A program made the position numbers and the translations under genes. A stretch of DNA of 64,000 nt from positions 992,001 to 1,056,000 of the forward strand of contig JAUFOR010000001.1 of NCBI GenBank assembly GCA_040285745.1. Reading direction: 5' to 3'. This document shows positions 23,290-34,382 of this stretch, in pieces. Under the pieces are notes generated by a model. It saw nothing but the letters and a program-made list of their open reading frames with translations. It had not been told where the DNA came from and did not search any database. Origin of the DNA: Barthelona sp. PCE. Lineage: Eukaryota. How positions within the stretch are numbered: position 1 is the first letter of the stretch; every line of letters begins with the position of its first letter.

Positions 23290-26200
23290 TTACTGCTTGA
23301 TAATCTTAACTACAAGGGTGTAACCGACAAAGTTCATCTCATCTTCATAGGTAATCTCGCCCTCGGGCTCAGCGTATACGACACGAGCACGAAGAGCCTT
23401 CTCAAGGTTATTCTTTTGGGCTTCAAAGAGAGTATCAGCGAATTCAGGCACAATATCATTCTCGAGACCCTTAACAGGGACGAATTCACCCTGCTTAACA
23501 ATATGAATATCAATGACATCAGAGAACTGGAGCTGGGCAGCTGCTCTCATCTTTTGAATGAATGAAGTCAAGTTACGGGTCTGCCAGTTCATGAGAACTT
23601 CGTTGGTGAGCTCAGAGTCAAGCAGAGCAAGGAATCCCTTGCGGCTTGAACCCTTAACGTTCGGGTCTTCGACGATGAATTCGAGTTCAAGAACGAGTTC
23701 GGAAAGAAGCACTGTTGTACCATCAAATACGAGCTGACCGGCCTCTTCAAGAGCGGCAACGTCTGCCTCGGTCATGTTCTTGAGGTGGGCAGAGAAAGGC
23801 TTGAGTTTCTTACCCATCTTCCTGCCCAATTGTTTAAAATCTGGGGTGATGACGGTGCGTGCATAAGTGGAGGGGTCATTATCGTATTTCAGCTCCATGA
23901 TGTTGACCTCAAGCTTGATGTACTCGTCCAGCTGCTTGATGGCGTTGATGACGTTCTGGTCACGATGAACAATTGTGGCCGACTTGATAGGGCGGCGAAT
24001 AGAAAGCTTATTGCATTCACGGACTTCACGGAGAAGTTGAATTGTGAAAAAGACCTCATCAACGACGCTAACAAGCTCATCGTCGACGACAAAAGGCGCA
24101 GGGTATGGAACCAAGTGGACTGAGATATCCTCCTTGTTGGGGTGATTCTCGGGGAGCTGCTTACGCATGTTCAACCAGAGATTCTCAGTGAAGAACGGTG
24201 TGAAAGGAGCCATCATGGTGTTGAAAGTCATCTCAACAAAGAACAAAACCTGAAGGGCAGTTTCAGCTTTCTCGGGATCGGTCTCAACCTCCTTGAAACG
24301 TGAGCGGTTCATACGGATATACCAGTTGGTTAGGGAGTTAAGGAACCCGAGCATCTTAGGAACGACTGTGTAGAGTCGGTAATTTTCCATCTCTTGCGCT
24401 GTAAACTTGATGAGGTTCGAGAGTGTTCCTAAAATCCACTGATCAAGGGCGTTGGGAGACTGTAAAGCCTTCTCCTGATCGGGGACGAATGCATGGCCAA
24501 CGCCTACCTCGTAACGATGTACGTTCTGAACCAAAAATTTGTAAGAGTTAAACCAGGGGTTTAGAATCTTGATGACAACGTTCAAAACACCCTCGTCAGA
24601 GAAGCAGAAAGGCTCAGCCTTGAGAACTGGCGAGTTGATGAGGTAAAGACGGAGTGCGTCTGAACCCATCTTGTTGATGAGTTCCATCGGATCGGTGTAG
24701 TTCTTCTTGCTCTTGGACATCTTCTGACCGTCCTCAGCGAGGATGAGGCCTGTGACAATAAGATTCTTGAATGGGGGTTCGTTGAACAGAGCAGTGGACA
24801 GCACAAGCATTGTGTAGAACCAACCGCGTGTCTGATCAAGAGACTCGGAGCAGAAATCGATGGGGAAGTGGAGATCGTCAAAATCGGGGGTCTTAAAAGG
24901 ATACCCGTGTGAGGCATAAGGCATAGAGCCCGACTCGAACCAGCAATCAAAGATTTCTGGGATACGGCGCATCTCCTTACCCGTCTTAGGGTTGGGGAAC
25001 GTAATCTCATCAACAACGTCGTTGTGGAGATCGGTGGGACGTTGCCCTGAGAGCTCCTCGAGCTTGTCAAGGGAGTCAATGACAATGATATCACCGTCCT
25101 CGTCCTGCCAGATGGGAATAGGGGTACCGAAGAAACGGTTGCGAGAGATGGCCCAGTCGCGTGCGTTGGAGATCCAGTTATGGAAACGGCCAGTCTGGAT
25201 AACCTCTGGCACCCAACGGTTCTTGCGGTTGTTGGCAATCATATCATCCTTGATCTTCTCGACGGCGACGAACCATGAAGGAACTGAGCGGTAGAGAAGG
25301 GGGGTATCGGAGCGCCAGCACAGGGGGTATCTGTGCTTGTGAACGCTCTGTTTGTAAAGACGATCACGATCCTTGAGCTCCTCGATGATGAGCGCATCGG
25401 CATCTTTGACGTACATACCCTCGTAGTTGGTTACTTCTGGAGTGAAGCAACCAGCGGGGTCGATGGGGCACACTGGATCCTCGTGCTTGTCAACAATATC
25501 AAAAGCAAGACAGACACGAAGATCATCCTCACCAAAACCAGGGGCAGCGTGAACAACACCAGTACCACTTTCTGTGGTGACGTATGTATCAGCAATAACT
25601 CGGAATGCTGTGTCCTTCTTGCGTTCATAGAAATAATCGAAGAGGGGGACGTATTGCATTCCAACGAGCTCGGAACCAAGCATAGTGCGGTTGATGACGT
25701 AAGGCTTGGGCTTCTTCTTCTTGCGCTGCTTGGCGGTTTGAGGCCATACGCTGTCGGCGAGCTCTTTCATAACGATAAAGCGGCGCTCTGTTTCAACGTG
25801 GGTGACTTCAACGTACTCAAGACCGGGGTTAACAATGAGAGCAAGATTGGATGGCAACGTCCATGGGGTGGTGGTCCAAGCAATGAAACAACACTCCTCA
25901 TCACCGACAATAGGGAAAGTGATGTGCACTGCTGGATCTTCGACGTCAGCGTAGTTCTGGTTAGCCTCGAAGTTGGAGAGACATGTGCCGAGGGCGGTGG
26001 ACCAGGGCATGACCTTGGTTCCCTTGTATACAAGGCCCTTCTTCCATAACTGACCGAAAACCCACCATACAGACTCCATATACCAGGGATACAGTGTTCT
26101 GTAATCGTTATCGAAATCAACCCAACGGCCGAGACGTGAGATGACATAACGCCACTCCTTGGAATAACGCATAACCATAGACTTGCACTTCTCGTTGTAT

Positions 26201-26734
26201 GTCTTAATTCCCTCCTCTAACTTAGGAATATCAACAGCACCGCATTCGATACCTAACTCCTTATCAGCAAGGTGTTCAATAGGAAGCCCATGAGTATCCC
26301 AGCCCCAATTACGAGGAACATAAAAACCGTTCATGCTCTTGTAACGGCAATAAACATCCTTAACTGTGCTCACCAAAAGATGGCCGTGGTGAGGTGTGCC
26401 CGTAGCAAATGGAGGTCCATCAGCAAAAGAGAAACGAGGATTTTGGGCGTTTCTCTCAAGACTTAACTCGAAAACGTTATTCTGATTCCAAAAATCGAGA
26501 ACTTCCTCTTCGCCCTTTGTGAATTTATGATCAAATGGTACTAAATGTTAGAAATTGTGAACTATATGAGCTTTCTGCAGCAAATCCCTCGATCTTCCTT
26601 GCCCAAGACGGTTTCTGCTGCCCTAGCCCACTGCTTCAACATACCACTTTCCATAATTAAAGTGTATAAATGTGTTTAAAAAAGGTGAAAAAGCAAATAA
26701 TATGTTACTTACCAAACTTGTATCTATCGTCCAT
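23290..26734 (-). CDS. IARS1: Isoleucyl-tRNA synthetase, eukaryotic cytosolic type; main exon 26540-23290 plus a short first exon (26734-26713 or 26654-26645)
   Basis: DGPPFATGTPHHGH (HIGH motif, upstream of the ORF-track start), GWDTHGLP, WTTTPWTLPSN, DWAISRNRFFG, DQTRGWFY and KMSKS. The frame is open to 26540, preceded by a CTAACATTTAG acceptor. Confidence 0.95.
26541..26712 (-). other. IleRS intron with two candidate donors (GTAAGT at 26712, GTATGT at 26644) and one acceptor (CTAACATTTAG ending at 26541)
   Basis: Both donors follow an ATG-initiated mini-exon in phase 1, and both restore the frame (G|TA CCA TTT = VPF). Confidence 0.8.
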
Positions 26735-27079
26735 AGTAATTATGAACAAAGGGATTTGAACGAACAAATATGCTCGAAACAACTTATTAAAGCACTCAAG
26801 AGACTAAAACAGTAAAAGATCTGGGGGTCTGAACAGCGACTCTTTTTGGGGTCCATTTTGTGTCATATGTGAGATTATTGTATATTCTTTTTGATAGCGT
26901 TATCAAAAAGTTGAAATTCTACAATAAATTACCCCACCAAACACAGGTTTCTTATTTTTAAAATAATACCTTATTAAATATGCCAAAGAGCCATAATACT
27001 AGAAAGTGTAAACATTAGAGGACAAGTTAAGAGAATGCCACACCTATTGAACTGTTAATCTTTTTCTACACCTTCCACC

Positions 27080-30000
27080 ATGTCTGTTCTTAAAAAAGTG
27101 GGTGAAGTCGCCGAAATACCGATAAAACCGTCATTTACATCAAAGAAAGCATGGAATGGGCAATTGTTTGGTTATAAGAAGAATAGTCGATCAAAATCTG
27201 TCAGGGAGGTCCACCATTTCAACACAAGAGGCCTCCCGCCCAGTAGAGCCACAACTATTTCGTTTACAATGAGAGATCCGTTCTCTGCAAGAGAATTTGT
27301 AACTTTTGAAGAATGCGATTTAGTACGCCCGTCACTGGACCTAAGCATGTTATTCATGACAAGTGGCTGCTACTTTGCAGTCTGTTCGTGCGGAGATGGG
27401 ATATGTAGCAACACAGGTTTTCTTCATTTTGGTTCGAGTCCAACAACTGCCAGTATCATCAACGTGTCGTGCACAGATAATCTGAGCCATGCGGCTATCA
27501 TATACAAAAACAATAACAGCGATGTCTACGATGCTGCTCTTGTTAATGTCGCAGACCATGTGGTTTTTGATGCCGGTGTGCATAGTTATGCCATCGATCC
27601 CAACATCAACATCCACCCTTCTGAACAAGCCCTGGTCCTGCATGCAGCTGGAGATATTATATCTTGCCAGTTCGAGCCTGTGAATGGAGAAGCAACACAC
27701 CGTTTCCTTGCAATAGAAGATGAGTGGGACATAGTGGACATTACATTCTTTGCTGGTGGATCACGCCTCGCAGTGTGTACTGAACGGACGCTTTTCGTAA
27801 TTGACTGGAGCTCATTCACCATCATCTCACGCACTGTGCTCAACAGCTGCACCACATCTTTAATATCGGTTGCTGATATGTATTTTGCACTTTGCGCTGA
27901 TAAAATATCATTACACGATGTGTCAGGGGAGTTAGTATGTGAAATAATGGAAAGTAACGTTGTAATGGCTTTTGATGCTTACACACCACTCCTGCATACT
28001 CTCAATCGCAACTCTAAAACCATCAATACCTTTGATCTTCGGTCCTTTGTAACAGTCTATGATGATGTCCCTAAATGCGCAAAGATTCGGAGAACAAATC
28101 CCAACGACGATCGGAATGTCTTGTTCGAGAACGCTGCATGCTCCCTTTATGAGGCGGGAGACCAGCTTTTATTCGAAGCCAACAGATGCACTGAGGTCTC
28201 ACATCATCTCCTTTTGGGTGAGATTCTGTTCGTTATCGATCGTGACGGATTCCTGACAATTACTTATGCTCGGCAGGATTATGTACAGGTCTGTGACATC
28301 CCATACCACCCAACATCTGCAGCGTTTAATTGTGTCCATGACAATATGGTATTCATTGATGACAATGATAGAAAGCGCACTTTTGCTTTTAATATACATT
28401 CGGTGACCCGCATATTTGAGATTGATCTCCTTCCAGGGATCAACGGAGTGTACAGAGCACACGACGCAGTGTATATAACAGCCCCCGGGGAAAATAATAT
28501 TCAGCTCTTCTGTTTTGCGATAGATACGGATGAAACACAAACCATAGAGCTAATGCCAGGATCAAAAGTTTCTCTAGATGGAAACGTGCTGACATACACG
28601 GTTTATAGTGATGAAAACCAATGCACTGTACGGTATTGTGATCAGACTGAACGGTTCATCGTTTTTGACATTCTTTTATTATGTAACTCAATCAACAACA
28701 TGATACAGAACAATACAATGCCTGAAAGCTGGAATGTGCCGTCAGTCGATGATATCATTGCAACAACTGCTACTCTTATAAAGGCTCAACAGCAAGAGTT
28801 CAATACAAAACGAGCAAAAATTTTGGATCTGATTTCTCGATTGGAGAAAACCCACATACCACAGTCGGATGACGTTTTACGTCAGTTGAACTCTTTTATA
28901 TCAAGGTTTGAAGGACTTATGAGTTCTGATTTGGTGCATTCATATGCCACGCTGACTGATTCCGTTGGGATGAACTATATTGTTTCCGTAAAGGATGAAA
29001 TGAGTGAGATGATCCGGCATTTAGGGGCGGTTATGCATGCAAAGCATGAGTACGATGCACTCATAAAGGAATTACCCCAGTGGGAAGCTTTCAATTCCAT
29101 AGAAGAGTACTGGAGAAATGAAGTAAGTGGAAAGTACTCTGTTAGAGATGCAAAGATCGTTGATGACTGTATATCACGGATGTCAGTCCTTGAAAAGAAA
29201 CTTTCGTTTCTCAAGACTCCTGTGGCCCATTTAATGGAGATGCAAGAAGTTTATGGTGTAATGACTGAGGTTACACTCGGTATTGACTGCATCATCAAGT
29301 TTCTGGGAACAGCAAAAACATCACTCACACAATGCATTTCGTCACAACCTATACGTCGCAGAAAGGCAGCAAGCAATGTGCCATATGTCATTGACTTTGC
29401 GTATCTCACCAAGACACGTAACACTTTAATGAAGCAAAAGGACTATCTTGAAGCTTTCTGTCAAAATTGTGACCAAAAGGCTCTGATAACACGATCATCT
29501 GTCATCTGCAATTGGATTACACAATCCATCACTGAAATTGATTCGATTTTCGCGGATTGTGCAGCAGAAACGACAGTGGAGTCACTTTTGGTCGGAACTC
29601 AACTCGCTGAAATATCATTCAGTGAAGATTTGTCACCAACAGTTATTCTTTCTACAATATATCTGGGATCTCTGTTGTATAATTCTCGCAGTACATTCCA
29701 GTGCTCGTACAGGGACAAGTTTTCATTCAAGGCATACTACGTTGATCGAGAGGCAGTAAGTGAAGAAGAACGTGACGCTGCTTTTGACGAAATCGCAAGA
29801 AATGTACTGCTTCGACTTTCAGACACGAGCTGTGCTCTCACTGACCTGCTTGGCATACGACTTGTGTGCTCTCATGACGCGACCACACATCAGACCTACC
29901 TTCGGTTCGTTGTACTTGAGTTTGAACCTCTGGGCATCCCTTTAGACGAGTTTATCTCCGAGGGACACGATGTTTGTGACACCATACCATCTTCAATTCT

Positions 30001-30349
30001 ACATGCTGTAGCATCTGTTCATGAAAATGATTTGTATTTCATGAGTCTCAACCCAGAACACGTGCTTGTTTATTACAGTAACAATGTTGCGTTCTGCAAA
30101 CTATCAATTTCTGAACAAACACGTCTTATTGGTCCGTATGCTGCACCAGAAACAGTTCGCAAGATGAAGTACACCAAAAAGACTGAAGCATACGCTGCGG
30201 CGGCTCTTGCAATCTATTCACAACGTGAGGACCCTGATAATACACGCCATATCTTGTTTTCTGCACAATTAAAGCGCCTAAGAGAGAAAGCCGAAGGTAG
30301 AAGAGCCGAAATTTCAGAAATAATTAAAGATATTCCCCGACCCAACTAA
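27080..30349 (+). CDS. Multidomain protein: beta-propeller-like N-terminus, helical/coiled-coil middle, C-terminal pseudokinase
   Basis: WD-like DITFFAGGSRLAVCT; kinase C-lobe remnants ILHAVASVHENDLYFMSLNPEHVLV and GPYAAPET...YTKKTEAYA; HRD and DFG are absent. Confidence 0.6.
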   Translation: MSVLKKVGEVAEIPIKPSFTSKKAWNGQLFGYKKNSRSKSVREVHHFNTRGLPPSRATTISFTMRDPFSAREFVTFEECDLVRPSLDLSMLFMTSGCYFAVCSCGDGICSNTGFLHFGSSPTTASIINVSCTDNLSHAAIIYKNNNSDVYDAALVNVADHVVFDAGVHSYAIDPNINIHPSEQALVLHAAGDIISCQFEPVNGEATHRFLAIEDEWDIVDITFFAGGSRLAVCTERTLFVIDWSSFTIISRTVLNSCTTSLISVADMYFALCADKISLHDVSGELVCEIMESNVVMAFDAYTPLLHTLNRNSKTINTFDLRSFVTVYDDVPKCAKIRRTNPNDDRNVLFENAACSLYEAGDQLLFEANRCTEVSHHLLLGEILFVIDRDGFLTITYARQDYVQVCDIPYHPTSAAFNCVHDNMVFIDDNDRKRTFAFNIHSVTRIFEIDLLPGINGVYRAHDAVYITAPGENNIQLFCFAIDTDETQTIELMPGSKVSLDGNVLTYTVYSDENQCTVRYCDQTERFIVFDILLLCNSINNMIQNNTMPESWNVPSVDDIIATTATLIKAQQQEFNTKRAKILDLISRLEKTHIPQSDDVLRQLNSFISRFEGLMSSDLVHSYATLTDSVGMNYIVSVKDEMSEMIRHLGAVMHAKHEYDALIKELPQWEAFNSIEEYWRNEVSGKYSVRDAKIVDDCISRMSVLEKKLSFLKTPVAHLMEMQEVYGVMTEVTLGIDCIIKFLGTAKTSLTQCISSQPIRRRKAASNVPYVIDFAYLTKTRNTLMKQKDYLEAFCQNCDQKALITRSSVICNWITQSITEIDSIFADCAAETTVESLLVGTQLAEISFSEDLSPTVILSTIYLGSLLYNSRSTFQCSYRDKFSFKAYYVDREAVSEEERDAAFDEIARNVLLRLSDTSCALTDLLGIRLVCSHDATTHQTYLRFVVLEFEPLGIPLDEFISEGHDVCDTIPSSILHAVASVHENDLYFMSLNPEHVLVYYSNNVAFCKLSISEQTRLIGPYAAPETVRKMKYTKKTEAYAAAALAIYSQREDPDNTRHILFSAQLKRLREKAEGRRAEISEIIKDIPRPN

Positions 30350-32349
30350 ACTTCTTCTTCTTCAATCTGTTCAAGCAGCACATATTTAGCATTACAGAAA
30401 AAATCCACTGCATCAACATATCGCTCTTCCTCCTTCCAACAACCGTCAACCACTTCGCTAAAATCGTGGACATAGAACACAAACTCTTTGAGCTGCGGTT
30501 GAAAGTGAGCCTCCTCCAATACACAGTAGTCTACGGATTTCCAAAAGTATTGGTCCTGGATACCGGACAATACTTCTGAGCGGGAAATTGTTTGCGTTTC
30601 CCGATCGTAGAAGAATCGATACATCTTTCTATCGTAGAATAGAACATCGTGTGCGACCCATGAAATTTTATAATTGTATTCCATCTCTGGCCCTTCAATA
30701 AATTCACCTGTCTCCCAATCCACACAGCAAACGCGCGTGTTGTGGTGCTGTAACACAATTAAATATTGACGGTCACTGTTAATATCGACAGCAGCATCCA
30801 GATCAGAGTTCATGTTCTCCACAACTATCGTCTTCACGATAGAAGCAACTCCATCAACAACCTTGAAACGGACACAATGCAATCTACCATTCAGCGTAAA
30901 CAGAACCGATTCCGGTCCAGCAAACCGATGAGACAGGTTGGATAACGCTGGTGAAGAGTAAAGTTCCTCACTGCCAACACATATCGAAAGCTGTTGGTTT
31001 ATCCAAAGGCTGTATATGATGCACGTACCCGACAAGCCAAGATATCTGGAATTTTCATCTCCCAATACACTGTGTCCCGCAATACTTCCTGTCTCGTCGT
31101 ACTTCGTAAGCAAAAGATCGCCCGACATGAAACCCCTCCGATAAACAACACAGAGTTTGCCGCCTTCATAATAGAAAATTGAGAAGATGCTGTCTGTTTT
31201 GTGACATGCCGCACGATAACAAATTCCATGCTTTAGGTCAACGAACACCCCGCGGTAGTCAAATACGTCGCTAAAACGACGGAAAGTGTTGAGAGAGTGG
31301 ATGTGGATGCTACTCTTATTGATTGCTCGCACATTCAAGTGAGCCACACCAAGAGGAGTCACTGCATATAATGACGGATGTCTGTCAACAAAATCATCGC
31401 GCGAAAGATCAATGCTATGAACCACACCACTTACTATGTATGTGAAGTCGCATAGACCGTCAAATATTGTGCACTTGTCGTCTACAACGGCCACTGTCAA
31501 CGCATCAAGCGTGCTGAACAACGTAATACTCAGACCTCCCTCTGATACCGAGTTCAAAAAAGCAGAATGGTATCTGCGCAGCTCCTGCTCGGATGTAAGC
31601 GTTCCTGAAGCGCACACGGTATACCCGGTGGTACAGTCCATCACTTCCAGTGTTAACCCACGACGCTGTCGAATGTATGAGCATATGCAAGTCGCATTCA
31701 AGACCGGTAGTATGCTCCGACTGCGCTTTGACCCTAAAGCATGCAGCATAAGAGAGGTATCGCTCTCTATGTCCTCGGAAACAAGGTTAACGTAGTACAA
31801 TACATTGATATCCTTGAGACACGACAGAACACACGTCGCGTGAGAGTATGGAAAGTGTGATTGAACACGATAACCCGACAGATTCCGAAAGACCTTCGTG
31901 CTTGTATTATACAGAATCGCTTCAATGGTATCTGACTCACCATCCTTGACACGAACGTTCATGCACAACACATTTCTTGTTAACATCAAAATAGTTCCTT
32001 CAACAACTGAAGGCATCACTATTTCAACCTTATCAGCAGCTACGATACCTGTAGAAATACTTCCCAAAAACCACTGTATAAGTATGGTGCTATCTTGATA
32101 ATCCAATGTATAAAATAACCCATCGCTAGTCAGCGCGATGTGTTCTGGTATCTGGGTACACAACCCTTCCTGAAGCCAAAAATTCCCCTTAACAAATGAA
32201 CCCTCTGCTCTTTTGCCAATAATCAATCCTTCATTCACAAAATTCAGCTCAGCCTCATCATCTTCGTGATTGCTAATTGGGAGACGCTCTTCAAAAGGCT
32301 TGTATCTTGGCATGAAAGATAGATACTCGAAAACAACTTTAAAAGACAT
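30346..32349 (-). CDS. Hypothetical beta-rich protein of a divergent ~650-aa family (paralogs at 43811 and 52419)
   Basis: First in-frame ATG at 32349; an alternative ATG at 32313 gives MPRY, like the MPRF start of the 43811 gene. Shares the C-terminal pattern WVAHDVLFYDRKMYRF. Confidence 0.7.
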   Translation of the reverse strand: MSFKVVFEYLSFMPRYKPFEERLPISNHEDDEAELNFVNEGLIIGKRAEGSFVKGNFWLQEGLCTQIPEHIALTSDGLFYTLDYQDSTILIQWFLGSISTGIVAADKVEIVMPSVVEGTILMLTRNVLCMNVRVKDGESDTIEAILYNTSTKVFRNLSGYRVQSHFPYSHATCVLSCLKDINVLYYVNLVSEDIESDTSLMLHALGSKRSRSILPVLNATCICSYIRQRRGLTLEVMDCTTGYTVCASGTLTSEQELRRYHSAFLNSVSEGGLSITLFSTLDALTVAVVDDKCTIFDGLCDFTYIVSGVVHSIDLSRDDFVDRHPSLYAVTPLGVAHLNVRAINKSSIHIHSLNTFRRFSDVFDYRGVFVDLKHGICYRAACHKTDSIFSIFYYEGGKLCVVYRRGFMSGDLLLTKYDETGSIAGHSVLGDENSRYLGLSGTCIIYSLWINQQLSICVGSEELYSSPALSNLSHRFAGPESVLFTLNGRLHCVRFKVVDGVASIVKTIVVENMNSDLDAAVDINSDRQYLIVLQHHNTRVCCVDWETGEFIEGPEMEYNYKISWVAHDVLFYDRKMYRFFYDRETQTISRSEVLSGIQDQYFWKSVDYCVLEEAHFQPQLKEFVFYVHDFSEVVDGCWKEEERYVDAVDFFCNAKYVLLEQIEEEEV

Positions 32350-32456
32350 AGGTTGTGGTGACCGGCTTTTATTCGAACAATCAGACTGGTTTGACAAAGT
32401 CAACTGAAGTTGAAAGGCCTAAGAAATGTTTTCACAATATTTCTCCTTACACAACT

Positions 32457-33470
32457 ATGAGAAGCTATTTAACGCATCTTTTTTTGTATCTTTTGATATC
32501 TTTTGCGATGGTTGACATCCAAACAAGGGCACATGAGGTTGAATATGGGGATTGTCGTTCTCTCTGTCAATTTTTTAAATACAGTCCAAATGAATGTAGT
32601 AAGTGTCAATACAGTGACTTCAGGTTTGGCTTGGGCATAAGGGCTCATGCAGCATGCATAAAGAAAGGTATTTCTAGAGAAACATGTCTTGATCAACTTG
32701 CTAAAGCCAAAAATCCCGCATTGAAATCCGCTCTCAACAAAAAAAATAGAGTTTCCCATAAGAAAATCTCAATTGTCGATTCGCACAAGACTACTGATAT
32801 TGTTGCTGAGACCATCGACATTCCTTTGTCAGGCATTTATGAGGATGAAATGCCCTCCATCCCTGGCAAGTGCACCTGCCCTGAGACCGAGCGCGTTCCT
32901 GCAGGTGCCTCATTCGGGTTTGATGGAGAAAAACATCACATCAAAGGTTGGCTGTGTCCACGTCAAGGATGCATGATATCTGATAAGCTTCAATTGCCCC
33001 CACGTCCCATAACTACGACATACGAGTTCAAGTTGATGGATCTCAATCCTCCCCCTCAGTATTCGAGGGGGCATGGTCGTCACAGAAGGCGTGTGCACAC
33101 TGAATCTATGACGCACACCGGCTCGCCCTCCATCACTGTGTTCTTCTCTGACAGTAGTCTCAGACGCTATGAAAGTGGAACTCCGCTAATGCTGAGCACG
33201 AAGAACGGTCTCGGTGTTGAGTCAGATAGTGTACAGTTAGTTCATTTCGTTGCAAAGAAGAGGAGCAGGACACGTCATCGTTATCATTGGAAAATTCGCA
33301 CTCAGCCACCTGTTGCACTCTTCAAAGCGGACGGAAAGGGTGGGATCATTCGCAGTGGTGATATTGTCTGCTTATCAATTAACTGCCAGCATTGTGAACG
33401 CAAACGCACCCGCCGTGGTGCTAGAAGAACGATTTGTGTTCCCACAAAGAAGTACGTTGTTGCTTTTTAA
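32457..33470 (+). CDS. Hypothetical Cys-rich basic protein with a putative signal peptide
   Basis: ATG at 32457 gives MRSYLTHLFLYLLISFA (hydrophobic leader); multiple Cys; Arg/Lys-rich C-terminus. Confidence 0.65.
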   Translation: MRSYLTHLFLYLLISFAMVDIQTRAHEVEYGDCRSLCQFFKYSPNECSKCQYSDFRFGLGIRAHAACIKKGISRETCLDQLAKAKNPALKSALNKKNRVSHKKISIVDSHKTTDIVAETIDIPLSGIYEDEMPSIPGKCTCPETERVPAGASFGFDGEKHHIKGWLCPRQGCMISDKLQLPPRPITTTYEFKLMDLNPPPQYSRGHGRHRRRVHTESMTHTGSPSITVFFSDSSLRRYESGTPLMLSTKNGLGVESDSVQLVHFVAKKRSRTRHRYHWKIRTQPPVALFKADGKGGIIRSGDIVCLSINCQHCERKRTRRGARRTICVPTKKYVVAF

Positions 33471-33640
33471 TAAATTTTTTCTTGAGTGCAGGTTAGCTTG
33501 ATCCAACGTTTGCATCAAGTCAAATATTGTACATCGGGGATATTTATACAATGTAGCCTAATGGACCTGTAGAACAATGCTTAGTACAAAGACATGAAGA
33601 GAATGTTGTATACAGCTTCTAAACCTTTTACAGACAAAAA

Positions 33641-34348
33641 ATGCTGCAAAATATCTCTAAAACGCAGGGCAGAATCGCAGTACCGCCAAAAGAAATTGAT
33701 TCCAAAGTTGTGAGTGATACCTTTAACTTTAATTATGGTACAACAACACTTGCATTTGTTTTCGAAGAAGGAATCATCGTTGCTGCTGATTCTCGTGCTA
33801 CACAGGGTAATCTGATTGCCAACCGCAAGACTAAAAAAGTATTAGAGATCACACCACATTTATTGGGCACTATGGCAGGTGGAGCTGCTGATTGTGCGTT
33901 CTGGGAGCGCGTGTTGACAAAGAGAGCGCAACTATATGAGCTGCAAAACAATGAGCGCATATCTGCCAAGGCGGCATCCAAAGTGCTCGCTGATATGGTA
34001 TACAGATTCAAGGGCCGTGGTCTTGTAATGGGAACAATGGTCTGTGGCTACGATAATGATGAGCCAGCAGTCTACTATGTCGAAGATAACGGCCAACGCA
34101 TAAAGGGAAAGCTTTTCAGTGTAGGTTCCGGATCAACATTCGCTTATGGTGTGCTTGATACGGAGTATCGCTATGACATGAATGCAGAAGAGGCTATTGA
34201 GCTTGCAAGAGAAGCAATCTATCGTGCCCAACACAGAGACGCGTATTCAGGAAACTACATCAATATCTATCACATCAAACCCGATGGATGGGAGCACGTC
34301 CAGTACACTGACTGCACAGAAGTGATGGACCACTATCAAAGAGACTAA
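33641..34348 (+). CDS. PSMB5: 20S proteasome subunit beta-5
   Basis: Short propeptide, then G|TTTLAFVFEEGIIVAADSRAT; LGTMAGGAADCAFWER; SVGSGSTFAYGVLD; HRDAYSG. Confidence 0.95.
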   Translation: MLQNISKTQGRIAVPPKEIDSKVVSDTFNFNYGTTTLAFVFEEGIIVAADSRATQGNLIANRKTKKVLEITPHLLGTMAGGAADCAFWERVLTKRAQLYELQNNERISAKAASKVLADMVYRFKGRGLVMGTMVCGYDNDEPAVYYVEDNGQRIKGKLFSVGSGSTFAYGVLDTEYRYDMNAEEAIELAREAIYRAQHRDAYSGNYINIYHIKPDGWEHVQYTDCTEVMDHYQRD

Positions 34349-34382
34349 TAAATAGGTGATTTACTACAGAACCAGTATTCAA

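Noticed and set aside
26558-26660. T-box riboswitch in the IleRS intron (an ATC triplet sits beside an internal loop)
   Set aside because: There is no downstream UGGNACC antiterminator or terminator, and T-boxes are bacterial. Kept only as an unexplained hairpin.
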